Under the pieces are notes generated by a model. It ran no database searches and had not been told where the DNA came from. It saw only the letters and a list, made by a program, of their open reading frames with translations. This document shows, in pieces, positions 1 through 8,186 of a stretch of DNA of 48,526 bases. Source of the stretch: an uncultured Verrucomicrobiota bacterium (lineage in GTDB: Bacteria; Verrucomicrobiota; Kiritimatiellia; CAIKKV01; CAITUY01). The stretch covers positions 1-48,526 of the forward strand of contig CAZMSS010000002.1 in the NCBI GenBank assembly GCA_964568965.1. Reading direction: 5' to 3'. The position numbers and the translations under genes are program-made. Each line of letters opens with the position of its first letter. Position 1 is the stretch's first letter.

Positions 1-332
1 CCGGTGGCGCAGAACAAACATCCGGCGGCGCACCCGGTCTGGGACGACACGCACACGGAGGAGCGGCCGGTCTTGATGCGCAGAATCACACTCTCGATGC
101 GGCAGCCGTCCAAGGTTTTGAACACCAGCTTGCTGGCGCCGTCCAGGACCGAGTGGAGCGTCTCGACCCGGTCCAGTTCATGGAACTGGACCGCACCCTC
201 GACGGCGGCCCGGCTCGCGTCCGGCACCGTCCCCAGGGCAGCCGCCTGCCCGGAGAAGGACCGGAGAAAGGTGGCGCGCAAACGCCGGATCACCCGCGGA
301 TCAAGCCGGAGCTGCCGCCTCAGCGCCTCCAT
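1..332 (-). CDS. rlmN: Radical-SAM rRNA/tRNA adenine-C2 methyltransferase, RlmN/Cfr family (N-terminal part; gene runs off the left edge)
   Basis: Absent from the ORF track because no stop lies inside the window. Reading the minus strand from the ATG at 332..330 gives MEALRRQLRLDPRVIRR...ESVILRIKTGRSSVCVSSQTGCAAGCLFCATG. The CVSSQxGCxxxCxFCATG context of the Cx3Cx2C cluster is the RlmN/Cfr signature. It starts 23 nt after the speA stop. Confidence 0.7.
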   Translation of the reverse strand, partial: MEALRRQLRLDPRVIRRLRATFLRSFSGQAAALGTVPDASRAAVEGAVQFHELDRVETLHSVLDGASKLVFKTLDGCRIESVILRIKTGRSSVCVSSQTGCAAGCLFCAT

Positions 333-355
333 CCCTGTCTCGTCGGTAACGGGGA

Positions 356-2287
356 TCACTGCTCGAAGTAGGTGTAGCCGCGAATACCGGTCTTGTAGGA
401 CTTCAGGTAGGCATTCTTTTCCTTGGCCGTGATAAGGCCGTGCTTGCAGGCCTTTTCGGCGCGCGCCTTGATCGTCGCGACCATGCTTTCCGGGTCGTAT
501 TCCATGTACTCCAGGATTTCATCCACCCGGTCGCCGGTGATCTGCTTGGCGGACTCGATGCGGCCCTTGTCGTCGATGCGGACATGCAGCACGTTGGTGT
601 TCCCCAGCAGGTTATGCATATCCCCGATGGTTTCCTGGTAGGCACCCGTCAGGAAAATGCCCATGTAGTATTCGCGCCCATCCCACTCATGGAGCGGCAG
701 GACATGCTTCACGTCGTGCAGGTCAATGAACTTGTCGATCTTTCCATCCGAGTCGCAGGTGATGTCGGCAAGGACTCCCTTGCGGGTCGGCCGCTGGTTG
801 AGCCGGTGGATCGGCATGATCGGGAAGAGCTGGTCGATGGCCCAGAAATCCGGGATCGACTGGAACACGCTGAAGTTGCCGTAATACACATCGGCAATGG
901 CGGAGTCCAGCCCCTCGAGCTCGTCGGGGATATACTTGCGCCCGCGTGTCATCTCGGACATCTGGCAGACAATGTGCCAGAAAATCGTCTCGGCCAGGGC
1001 ACGCTCGCGCAGCGAGATCGTCCCGTGCAGGAAGAGGGTCCTCAGCTCATCGCGGTAGAACACGGCGTCATGATACGCCTCCTGCATGTTCCGGGGCGAA
1101 AGGGAATGGCAGACCTCCATCAGGTTCAACAGCATTTCGTTGGAGTTGGCGGCCAGTTTCTCGGGGATGCTCAGCGGCTCGAACCGGCGCACATCCAGGA
1201 TGTTGAAGATCAGAACCGAATGATGCGCCGCCGTGGCGCGACCGGACTCGGTGACGATGGTGGGATGCGGCACCCCGCACTCATCAAGGGTGTTCATGAT
1301 GGTCTCGACCACCGTGGACGCGTATTCGGCGGTGGAGTAGTTCGTGCTGCAGGCGAAATTGGTGTGGGACCCGTCGTAGTCCACCGCCAACCCGCCGCCC
1401 ATGTTCAGGATCCCCATTCCGGCGCCCTCCCGCACGAGCTCGACATAGAACCGGCAGGCTTCCCGCAGGGCGGTTCGAACCCGGCGGATATCAGAAACCT
1501 GGCTGCCCAGGTGGTAGTGCAGCATCTGCAGGCAGTCGAGCATGCCACGCTGGCGCAACTGGTCCACCAGCTCGATGATCTGGCTCGCGTCGAGGCCGAA
1601 CTTGCTGCGGTCGCCCCCCGACGAATCCCAATGCCCGCCGGCGCGGCTCGACAGCTTGGCGCGAACCCCCACCACGGGGCGGATTTTCAGCCGCTCGGCC
1701 CGCGAGAGGACGAGCTCCAGCTCGCTGGGCATTTCAATGACCAGCACGGTGCGGGTGCCCATCTTGAGGGCCTGCAGGGCCATGTCGATGAACTCCTCGT
1801 CCTTGTAGCCGTTGCAGATCACGAAGGCCTCGGGATCCTTCATGAGGGCGAGCGCCGCGATCAGTTCCGCCTTGCTGCCCGCCTCGATGCCGTGGTGGTA
1901 TTCGCGGCCGTATTCCGTGATGTCGCTGACCACCTCATCCTGCTGGTTCACCTTGATGGGGAACACCCCGCGGTACTGGCCCTGGTAGGCGGCGTCAAAA
2001 ATGGCCCACCGGAAACTCTCGTTGATCTCCTTGATACGCGAGGCCAGGATGTTGGAAAAACGGAGCAGAACGGGCATATTCAGGCCGCGTCCGTGGCACT
2101 CGTCAATCAGGTGCATCAGACTGACTTCCGTCTGGCTCTTCGGCCCGTTCGGGCGCACAATGACTTCGCCGCCGGGAGAGATGTCGAAATAGCCCTGCCC
2201 CCAGTTCCGGATCCCGTACAATTCGGCGGAATTTTCCGCCGTCCACCTTGTCAATGCCTCATGCCTCATGCTCTCAGCCTCCTGCAC
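356..2287 (-). CDS. speA: Biosynthetic arginine decarboxylase
   Basis: 643-aa ORF. The N-terminus W..E.S.ELYGI.NWG.GYF.I...G and the overall length and layout are typical of SpeA-type PLP arginine decarboxylase. Confidence 0.9.
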   Translation of the reverse strand: MQEAESMRHEALTRWTAENSAELYGIRNWGQGYFDISPGGEVIVRPNGPKSQTEVSLMHLIDECHGRGLNMPVLLRFSNILASRIKEINESFRWAIFDAAYQGQYRGVFPIKVNQQDEVVSDITEYGREYHHGIEAGSKAELIAALALMKDPEAFVICNGYKDEEFIDMALQALKMGTRTVLVIEMPSELELVLSRAERLKIRPVVGVRAKLSSRAGGHWDSSGGDRSKFGLDASQIIELVDQLRQRGMLDCLQMLHYHLGSQVSDIRRVRTALREACRFYVELVREGAGMGILNMGGGLAVDYDGSHTNFACSTNYSTAEYASTVVETIMNTLDECGVPHPTIVTESGRATAAHHSVLIFNILDVRRFEPLSIPEKLAANSNEMLLNLMEVCHSLSPRNMQEAYHDAVFYRDELRTLFLHGTISLRERALAETIFWHIVCQMSEMTRGRKYIPDELEGLDSAIADVYYGNFSVFQSIPDFWAIDQLFPIMPIHRLNQRPTRKGVLADITCDSDGKIDKFIDLHDVKHVLPLHEWDGREYYMGIFLTGAYQETIGDMHNLLGNTNVLHVRIDDKGRIESAKQITGDRVDEILEYMEYDPESMVATIKARAEKACKHGLITAKEKNAYLKSYKTGIRGYTYFEQ

Positions 2288-2356
2288 CAGAATTCAAATG
2301 CGGAGCCTAGCATGCGACCGGATGATGTACAGGGAAAATGTTAACCCGCCGGGGCG

Positions 2357-3019
2357 CTATCGGACATCGCCCTTCGGGGAGGAGCCAACGAATTCATAGA
2401 GCCGCATGGTCTTGGCGTCATACCAGTAGTTGCGGTCGCGGGACATGGAGAACTTGTCCTTAAGGGCATTCTCGACACGAACCATGGCGGCATCCTTTTC
2501 CCGTGTCAACCGGACCAGGACAACCAGATCCTCCTGGACAATCTGCTTGGCGGCCGCCAGTGAGGCGAACTTGCGGGAATCCCCCTCCGTCGCCAACGTC
2601 TTCACCACCCTCGCCTCACCGGTCGTTGCGGGTGCGTTGGTGGCAGCGGCGGTCTTCGCGACCTCCTCGTAAATCGTCATCGTCTTGGCGTCATACCGAT
2701 AATTCCGATCCCGCCTGATTCCGAAGACTTTCTCGAATTCAGCGTCGAAATTGGACAGGTCACGCCTTTTTTCCTCGATCAGAATCCGGAGAACCTGCCG
2801 CTCCTGCAAAAGGACGCGCTTTACCCCGGTCAACTGGAGCAGCTCTTTTTCGGCGGCCTTGTCGGACACCGTGAGGTGCAAGCGCTTGACCGTGTTGGTG
2901 GACACCGCCTCAGGGGTTTCGCCGCTGTCTTTTTTTCCGATCCACCCGAACAGTCCCGCGTGGAGGGAAAGGGGGGCAACACAACTCGCAATCGCCAGAC
3001 TCAGGACCATTCTTTTCAT
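2357..3019 (-). CDS. Secreted protein or lipoprotein of unknown function with an internal tandem duplication
   Basis: 220-aa ORF with an AAGGAG SD 8 nt upstream of the ATG. The N-terminal signal MKRMVLSLAIASCVAPLSLHA has a possible lipobox (IAS-C) or AxA site. Two ~75-aa repeats each end in RDRNY(R/W)YDAKTM(T/R)(I/L)YE.V. Confidence 0.6.
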   Translation of the reverse strand: MKRMVLSLAIASCVAPLSLHAGLFGWIGKKDSGETPEAVSTNTVKRLHLTVSDKAAEKELLQLTGVKRVLLQERQVLRILIEEKRRDLSNFDAEFEKVFGIRRDRNYRYDAKTMTIYEEVAKTAAATNAPATTGEARVVKTLATEGDSRKFASLAAAKQIVQEDLVVLVRLTREKDAAMVRVENALKDKFSMSRDRNYWYDAKTMRLYEFVGSSPKGDVR

Positions 3020-3040
3020 CGGGCTCGCTCCTTACTAATT

Positions 3041-3070
3041 AAAAGGGGATCCATCGTAAGATGGATCCCC
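3041..3070 (-). terminator. Intrinsic terminator/attenuator downstream of the large beta-helix protein gene
   Basis: Perfect 11-bp inverted repeat ggggatccatc/gatggatcccc (3045-3055 / 3060-3070) with a 4-nt loop. On the minus strand it is followed by UUUU(AAUUA). It lies 28 nt after the stop at 3099 and 21 nt before the next ATG. Confidence 0.6.
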
Positions 3071-3098
3071 TTGATTGTCACTCACATCCGGTCTGGCG

Positions 3099-6000
3099 TC
3101 ACGGAACGCTCGGATCATCCGTCAGGTACGGATCCGCGAGGATGTTCCCGTAATAGTCCGGCTCGCCGGCCCAATAATTGTTCTGGGCTGACAGCTGGTC
3201 ATCCCGGCCGCTCTCATCAGCCCAGCGCATGCCGAAATCGGTATTCCCGGCGAGGGCATTATTGCCCGCATCCGCTTCCGTTCCGAAGTCATACGACCCA
3301 CTCCCCGCCAAGGCCGTCACATCAATGCCATCCCCGCCGTTGTCCTTCGCAACATTGGAGCGGCCGGTCAGGGTTAGATAGTTGCCCGTGGTGACATTGG
3401 CTCGCAAGCCGTCGGCCCCGTTCTCATTCGACACGTTATCCCTCATCTCAATGGTAGCGTCCGTGGAGGCTGACATCGCCACCTGAATGCCATTTGATCC
3501 GTTGCCGGAGGTCGTGTTGCCATGCAGATACACATTGGCATGGCCGTCGTAACTGGAGGATTCAACCTCGATTCCATTTCCGGAATTCCCCGATGCCGTT
3601 ACGTCCCCGACATCCACGAGTGTGTTGCCCCCACCGTCACAGGCGATGGCGATTCCCGATCCGCCGTTATCGCTGGTCTCAATGGCGCCGGAAGGCAGCA
3701 TGGAGATAACATCCAGGCCCAGAAAATCCCAGCCGCCGCCATGATCACTCATATCCTGGACCGCGGTCTCCGAGATCCAGACATGGCTGTCACCGAACGA
3801 GCTGTCGGTCTCGATGGCGATACCCCGGGCGCCATTGTCATTCGCCTGAATCCCGGTCAGGGCGGCCATTACCACACCCTCGCCCCCCATCCGGATGTCA
3901 ATGCCCGATCCCATGGCATTCCGGTTGGCTTCGACGCCCGCAAGAACCAGGTAGGAGGAAGACGGCGACTGGCTATGGATGTCCATTTCCACGCCCTGGT
4001 AGCCATTGTCATTGGCCTTGATGTTAATGCCGCCCACCATGGCCTCGCCATCAGACGCCATGGCGTTCACATTGGCATAGATCCCGTCACTGGCATTTCC
4101 GGAAGCCTTAACATTAGCCAGTCCGGCCATGGCATCGCCATACTGCGAATAGGCATAAAGGTTGATGCCATCCCCGCCGAAGCCGTTCTTATCGGTTAAC
4201 CACCAGCCGTTACGCTGGGCCTCAACCCCGGCGATACCCACCATGGCATCGCCATAGGTGCTGCTCGCATAGACATAGACGCCATTATTGGCGTTGTCGT
4301 TGGCCTGCAGGGAGCCGAGCGTCCGGACCTTGGACAGATCCAGCGGCACACTCTCCGATTCAAGGATGGGGCCGAGAAGCCCCATCAACGCCTCAGTGGA
4401 TCCGACCACACCGACCGCCGCGCCGTTTTCACTGTTCACGTTAACTTCAACACCATTGGCCATGGGTGGCTTAAAGGTGGGAATAAAATTCAACCCATTG
4501 CCATTGGCCTGGGCATCAAGCACCACGCCGAATGCCGCATCATAGCCGCCGGCATAGAGGGATATCCCGCTAGCCCCGTTGCCGTTCGCCTGAACCTGTC
4601 CAGACGAGGGAATAAAACTCAAGTCCATGGGACCGATCATGCCAGAGAGCAATGGACTTTCGGAAACCGTCTTGACAAGGCTCAGCAGGGGGGCACTGGC
4701 AAGTACCACGCCTCCAGCCCACCCGTCATTGGCATAAGTATAGGAATGGATGCCATACATCCAGTTGTCGTTGGCCATGACATCCACAAGCACGTTCAGC
4801 GCCAGATTTTCGGCTTCCGAGTAGAGGTCGATTCCCGACCCCTCGTTCCGCTTCGCCTCACTCCGGATCACCGCCGCCACGGAGACAGAAGGATAATCGC
4901 TGTAGGATGTCTGCCGGATATTAATGCCACTCGCTCCAATCTCTTTCGGCGGGCTTACCTCGTCGAAAATGGGGTTGTTCCAACCATTATCATTCGCCTG
5001 GACACCCAGCACTCCCGCCAGGTTGATCCCATTATCAGAGGACTGATTCACATAGATCCCGTTCGCGCCGTTCCCGTTGGCCTGCATGGACCCGCCCTCA
5101 CGATAGAGCCCTCGAACACCAAGCAGATCACCGACATTGAACCCGTCACCCAGGCCCATGGGAAGGAAGGGAATCCCCTGTGCCACGGCACCCACAAGCT
5201 TGTCAATCCGCTCGAGATCAGCATGGGAGGCGAGCAGCACCGCCGACAGGTAATTGTCATAAAATGAGGCGTAGATTCCGTCACGGCCATTGTTATTGGC
5301 GACCGTATCCACGAACAAACCGGCTGCCAATTCATAGAAATTCACATTCATATAGACGCCATTGCCGTAATTCCCGGAATAATTACCGGAAATCCTGGCA
5401 ATGAAGGTGTCCCCGTAATTCCCGTCCGCGTAAATCGCCAGACCATCTCCGCACCGCGTAACGGTGTTGTTGGCAAGCGTCACGTCCACCCGGGGAATCC
5501 CGTAAAGATCCAGCTCGATCCCGCTTCCGCCATAGTCCCGCTTCTCGTACGAGCGGACATCCTCGATCCGGTTGTCCGAGATATTTGCCGAGAAGGACGG
5601 GATGGAAAACGCATTGATCCGAATACCCGTCTCGGTATTGTGGATGTAGTTATGATGGATGCTCACATCGGTGACATCCTCGCCGTAGATCCCTGCCAGA
5701 TAACTCCTCTCCCCCTTGACTTGCGGGGGGTAGGCCGGAATCTGCTGGGTGATCTCAAACCCCGCCACGGTCACATGGCTGGCCAGCGTGATCGCCGGGC
5801 CCCGGCCCAGACCGTTCACCACCGGGTAGATTCCGCCCAGGAACCGGTCGCCCTGCCCGTAGATCGGGGCGCCGCTGCCCCACAGCGTCAGGCCTTCCCG
5901 CAACACGACGTTCTCATAATACTGCTGGGCCGCGTCGCGTACATATACCATGGTTCCGACTGCCCGCTGGACGCCCGTATTGATCTGGCGGTAGGGGTTT

Positions 6001-7187
6001 TCCCAGGTCCCGTTCTCGACGCCGCTACGGTTGTCGTCATCCACAAACGTCACGCCCGAAGCCAGCACCAGGTTGTAATCCTTGCGGTCGGTGCCCACCA
6101 GAAGCTTCTCCAGGATCTTGCGGTCCGACACCACTTCCTCGGGCTCGGACACATCCGTGCGGATATGGAGGTCGCGGACCACCATTTCCGTCATGCGGGA
6201 GGCAAAGGCCGGTTTGGCGGCCCCGGGCTTGAACCCTTCCAGCGCGCCGGCAAACGGATTCTTGCCGCGGCTCAGGTTGGCGAGATCAAAGGGCATGGAG
6301 ACACGGGCCCCGACAGAATACCGGGAACCCAGGAGCGCCTTATCCTCAAACCAGGCCGCATCCAGGTAAACCGAGGGCATCGGCTTGATTTCCAGGCGCC
6401 CCTTCATGCCGGCGAGGTCATCGCCATAGTGGGCATTGTAGTCATAGAAGCCGACAAAGGCCTTGACGTCGGCAACGTCCTTGATGACCGGAATCGGCAG
6501 CAGGGCGCCGATTTCACCGTCGAAGCCGTCCATGGCCTGCTCGCTGATCTGGTAATGCTGCAGGGTCTTGACGTCATACGTGGAGGTAACGTCGTAGCCG
6601 TACTGCGTGATCGCATTCCCCTGCCCGGTGGGCGCGTACCAGTAGCTCCCCCGCTCCTGCGTTTGCGACGTCGCGGTGGCGTATTCATCCGCCGTCTTCT
6701 TCCCGCCTTCGGGCAAATAGACATTCACGCGGGCATCCACCCAGGTGCTCAGAAATTCCAGCCCGCACCCGAACTGGTTGAAGGTGTTGTCGAGCGAGGT
6801 GTTGCGCAGATCATAAAACACGTTCCCGCCAACGATGATGTTGCGATCCGGAAACAGATGACGGTATCCCAGCCCCAGGTTGAACTCCTGGCCGTCGTCG
6901 TCATTCCAGGTTCCGCGCGGATTGACGAACATCAGGCCGGACTTGAACTGGATGATCGGCGCCACGATATCGCCAAAGCTTTCCACCTGCTGGTCGCCGA
7001 AGTGGATACCCAGATTGAGTCGGCCGGGCGGAAGTGGATTACTCCACGGGGCGTCCATCGCTGCCACTTGTTCCTTGGCGGGTGCTGCTGCGGGTTGAGC
7101 CTGCTGAGCGCGCACGCTCGTGGCCACTCCCAAACCCAGAATCCCCGCCGCGATCCAATAACCGATTTTGCTCAACTTTACATTCAT
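3099..7187 (-). CDS. Outer-membrane surface protein: signal peptide, inverse-autotransporter (intimin/invasin-type) beta-barrel, then a long right-handed parallel beta-helix (PbH1/NosD-like) passenger
   Basis: 1362-aa ORF with an AAGGAGG SD. Signal peptide ...LGVATSVRA|QQ. Residues ~55-300 show the intimin/invasin barrel pattern (NLGLGYRHLFPDRNIIVGGNVFYD...GCGLEF...VNVYLP...MDGFDGEIGALLP). Residues ~380-1340 carry more than 20 degenerate xAN(D/G)NGxxGI coils and end in NNYWAG. Confidence 0.75.
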   Translation of the reverse strand: MNVKLSKIGYWIAAGILGLGVATSVRAQQAQPAAAPAKEQVAAMDAPWSNPLPPGRLNLGIHFGDQQVESFGDIVAPIIQFKSGLMFVNPRGTWNDDDGQEFNLGLGYRHLFPDRNIIVGGNVFYDLRNTSLDNTFNQFGCGLEFLSTWVDARVNVYLPEGGKKTADEYATATSQTQERGSYWYAPTGQGNAITQYGYDVTSTYDVKTLQHYQISEQAMDGFDGEIGALLPIPVIKDVADVKAFVGFYDYNAHYGDDLAGMKGRLEIKPMPSVYLDAAWFEDKALLGSRYSVGARVSMPFDLANLSRGKNPFAGALEGFKPGAAKPAFASRMTEMVVRDLHIRTDVSEPEEVVSDRKILEKLLVGTDRKDYNLVLASGVTFVDDDNRSGVENGTWENPYRQINTGVQRAVGTMVYVRDAAQQYYENVVLREGLTLWGSGAPIYGQGDRFLGGIYPVVNGLGRGPAITLASHVTVAGFEITQQIPAYPPQVKGERSYLAGIYGEDVTDVSIHHNYIHNTETGIRINAFSIPSFSANISDNRIEDVRSYEKRDYGGSGIELDLYGIPRVDVTLANNTVTRCGDGLAIYADGNYGDTFIARISGNYSGNYGNGVYMNVNFYELAAGLFVDTVANNNGRDGIYASFYDNYLSAVLLASHADLERIDKLVGAVAQGIPFLPMGLGDGFNVGDLLGVRGLYREGGSMQANGNGANGIYVNQSSDNGINLAGVLGVQANDNGWNNPIFDEVSPPKEIGASGINIRQTSYSDYPSVSVAAVIRSEAKRNEGSGIDLYSEAENLALNVLVDVMANDNWMYGIHSYTYANDGWAGGVVLASAPLLSLVKTVSESPLLSGMIGPMDLSFIPSSGQVQANGNGASGISLYAGGYDAAFGVVLDAQANGNGLNFIPTFKPPMANGVEVNVNSENGAAVGVVGSTEALMGLLGPILESESVPLDLSKVRTLGSLQANDNANNGVYVYASSTYGDAMVGIAGVEAQRNGWWLTDKNGFGGDGINLYAYSQYGDAMAGLANVKASGNASDGIYANVNAMASDGEAMVGGINIKANDNGYQGVEMDIHSQSPSSSYLVLAGVEANRNAMGSGIDIRMGGEGVVMAALTGIQANDNGARGIAIETDSSFGDSHVWISETAVQDMSDHGGGWDFLGLDVISMLPSGAIETSDNGGSGIAIACDGGGNTLVDVGDVTASGNSGNGIEVESSSYDGHANVYLHGNTTSGNGSNGIQVAMSASTDATIEMRDNVSNENGADGLRANVTTGNYLTLTGRSNVAKDNGGDGIDVTALAGSGSYDFGTEADAGNNALAGNTDFGMRWADESGRDDQLSAQNNYWAGEPDYYGNILADPYLTDDPSVP

Positions 7188-7228
7188 GGCTCGACCTCCT
7201 TATGCTCTACCTTGCGCAAAACAGGACT

Positions 7229-7305
7229 ATAATAGTACACTAATCGCCCTATAACAAATCACCGAAAGCAGGGATATATTTAAGCCGCCCGAACCGTCAG
7301 GTCAA
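7229..7305 (-). promoter_or_regulatory. Two candidate sigma70-type promoters for the large surface-protein gene
   Basis: Minus-strand reading gives TTGACC (7305-7300), 17 nt, TAAATA (7282-7277). It also gives TTGTTA (7257-7252), 17 nt, TATTAT (7234-7229). This is the only AT-rich intergenic stretch in the left part of the window. Hexamer matching only. Confidence 0.3.
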
Positions 7306-7333
7306 GTACAATGACGCCAATGATAAGGATTTC

Positions 7334-8161
7334 TCAGACGCCGGAATAGGCGAGGAAACCGCCATCCACGGGGATGACTACGCCGGTGACAAACGAGGCC
7401 TCGTCGGAAACCAGGTAGGTCAGTGCGCCGCATAAATCCTTGGGCTCCCCGAACCGGTGCATCGGGGTCTTGTTGATCACCTTCTGCCCGCGCGCCGTCA
7501 GCGTGTGGCCGTCCTGCTCGAGCATCAGGAACCGGTTTTGCTGGGTGATGAAGAACCCCGGGGCAATGGCGTTGACGCGGATCCCCGCCGGCGCCAGGTG
7601 GACGGCCAGCCAGCGGGTGAAGTTCTCGATCGCGGCCTTGGCCGCGGAATAGGCCGCCACCTTGGTCAGCGGCTGCGTCGCAGACATCGAGGAAATATTG
7701 ATGACACTTCCGCCGGTCTTCAGCATGGCCTCGCAGAACACCTGGGCCGGAAGCAGGCTGCCGATGAAATTGAGCTTGTTGACGAACTCGAACCCCGTCA
7801 GGTCGAGCCCGAAGAAGGAATCCTCGAGCTTCGTCCCCTCCACGAACTGTTCGGCGGGACAGGTCCCCTTGGGATGATTGCCGCCGGCGCCATTGACCAG
7901 GATGTCGATCCTGCCCCACTTCGACAGGACGGCCTCACGCGCCGCCTCGAGGGAGCCGCGCTCCAGCACATTGACGCCCAGCGCCAGGGTTTCACCAAGC
8001 CCCTGCCCCGCGAACGTCTTCTGGAGCGTTTTGGCATGCTCCTCATTCAGGTCGGTCAGGACAACCCTGGCCCCGGCTCTCAGCAGGGACTCCGACATCA
8101 CTGAACATAGCACGCCCGCCGCCCCCGTCACCACCGCCACTTTGCCGTCAAGCCGTCCCAT
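7334..8161 (-). CDS. SDR-family oxidoreductase, probably UxuB-type D-mannonate/fructuronate oxidoreductase
   Basis: 275 aa. Has the TGAAGxL Rossmann motif, NGAGGN and the YSAAK catalytic motif. Sits 25 nt downstream of uxaC in the same operon. Confidence 0.7.
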   Translation of the reverse strand: MGRLDGKVAVVTGAAGVLCSVMSESLLRAGARVVLTDLNEEHAKTLQKTFAGQGLGETLALGVNVLERGSLEAAREAVLSKWGRIDILVNGAGGNHPKGTCPAEQFVEGTKLEDSFFGLDLTGFEFVNKLNFIGSLLPAQVFCEAMLKTGGSVINISSMSATQPLTKVAAYSAAKAAIENFTRWLAVHLAPAGIRVNAIAPGFFITQQNRFLMLEQDGHTLTARGQKVINKTPMHRFGEPKDLCGALTYLVSDEASFVTGVVIPVDGGFLAYSGV

Positions 8162-8186
8162 AAATCCACCCTCCTCGCTTATTTAT

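Noticed and set aside
4-432. 142-aa plus-strand ORF at the left edge
   Set aside because: It has an Arg/Ser/Thr-rich nonsense-like composition and overlaps the speA 3' end. The opposite strand encodes a clean RlmN-type radical-SAM N-terminus with the CxxxCxxC motif.
7302-7919. 205-aa alternative-frame ORF overlapping the SDR gene
   Set aside because: It is in a different frame from the SDR (Rossmann and YxxxK motifs present there). It is Arg/Gly/Pro-rich with no motifs.
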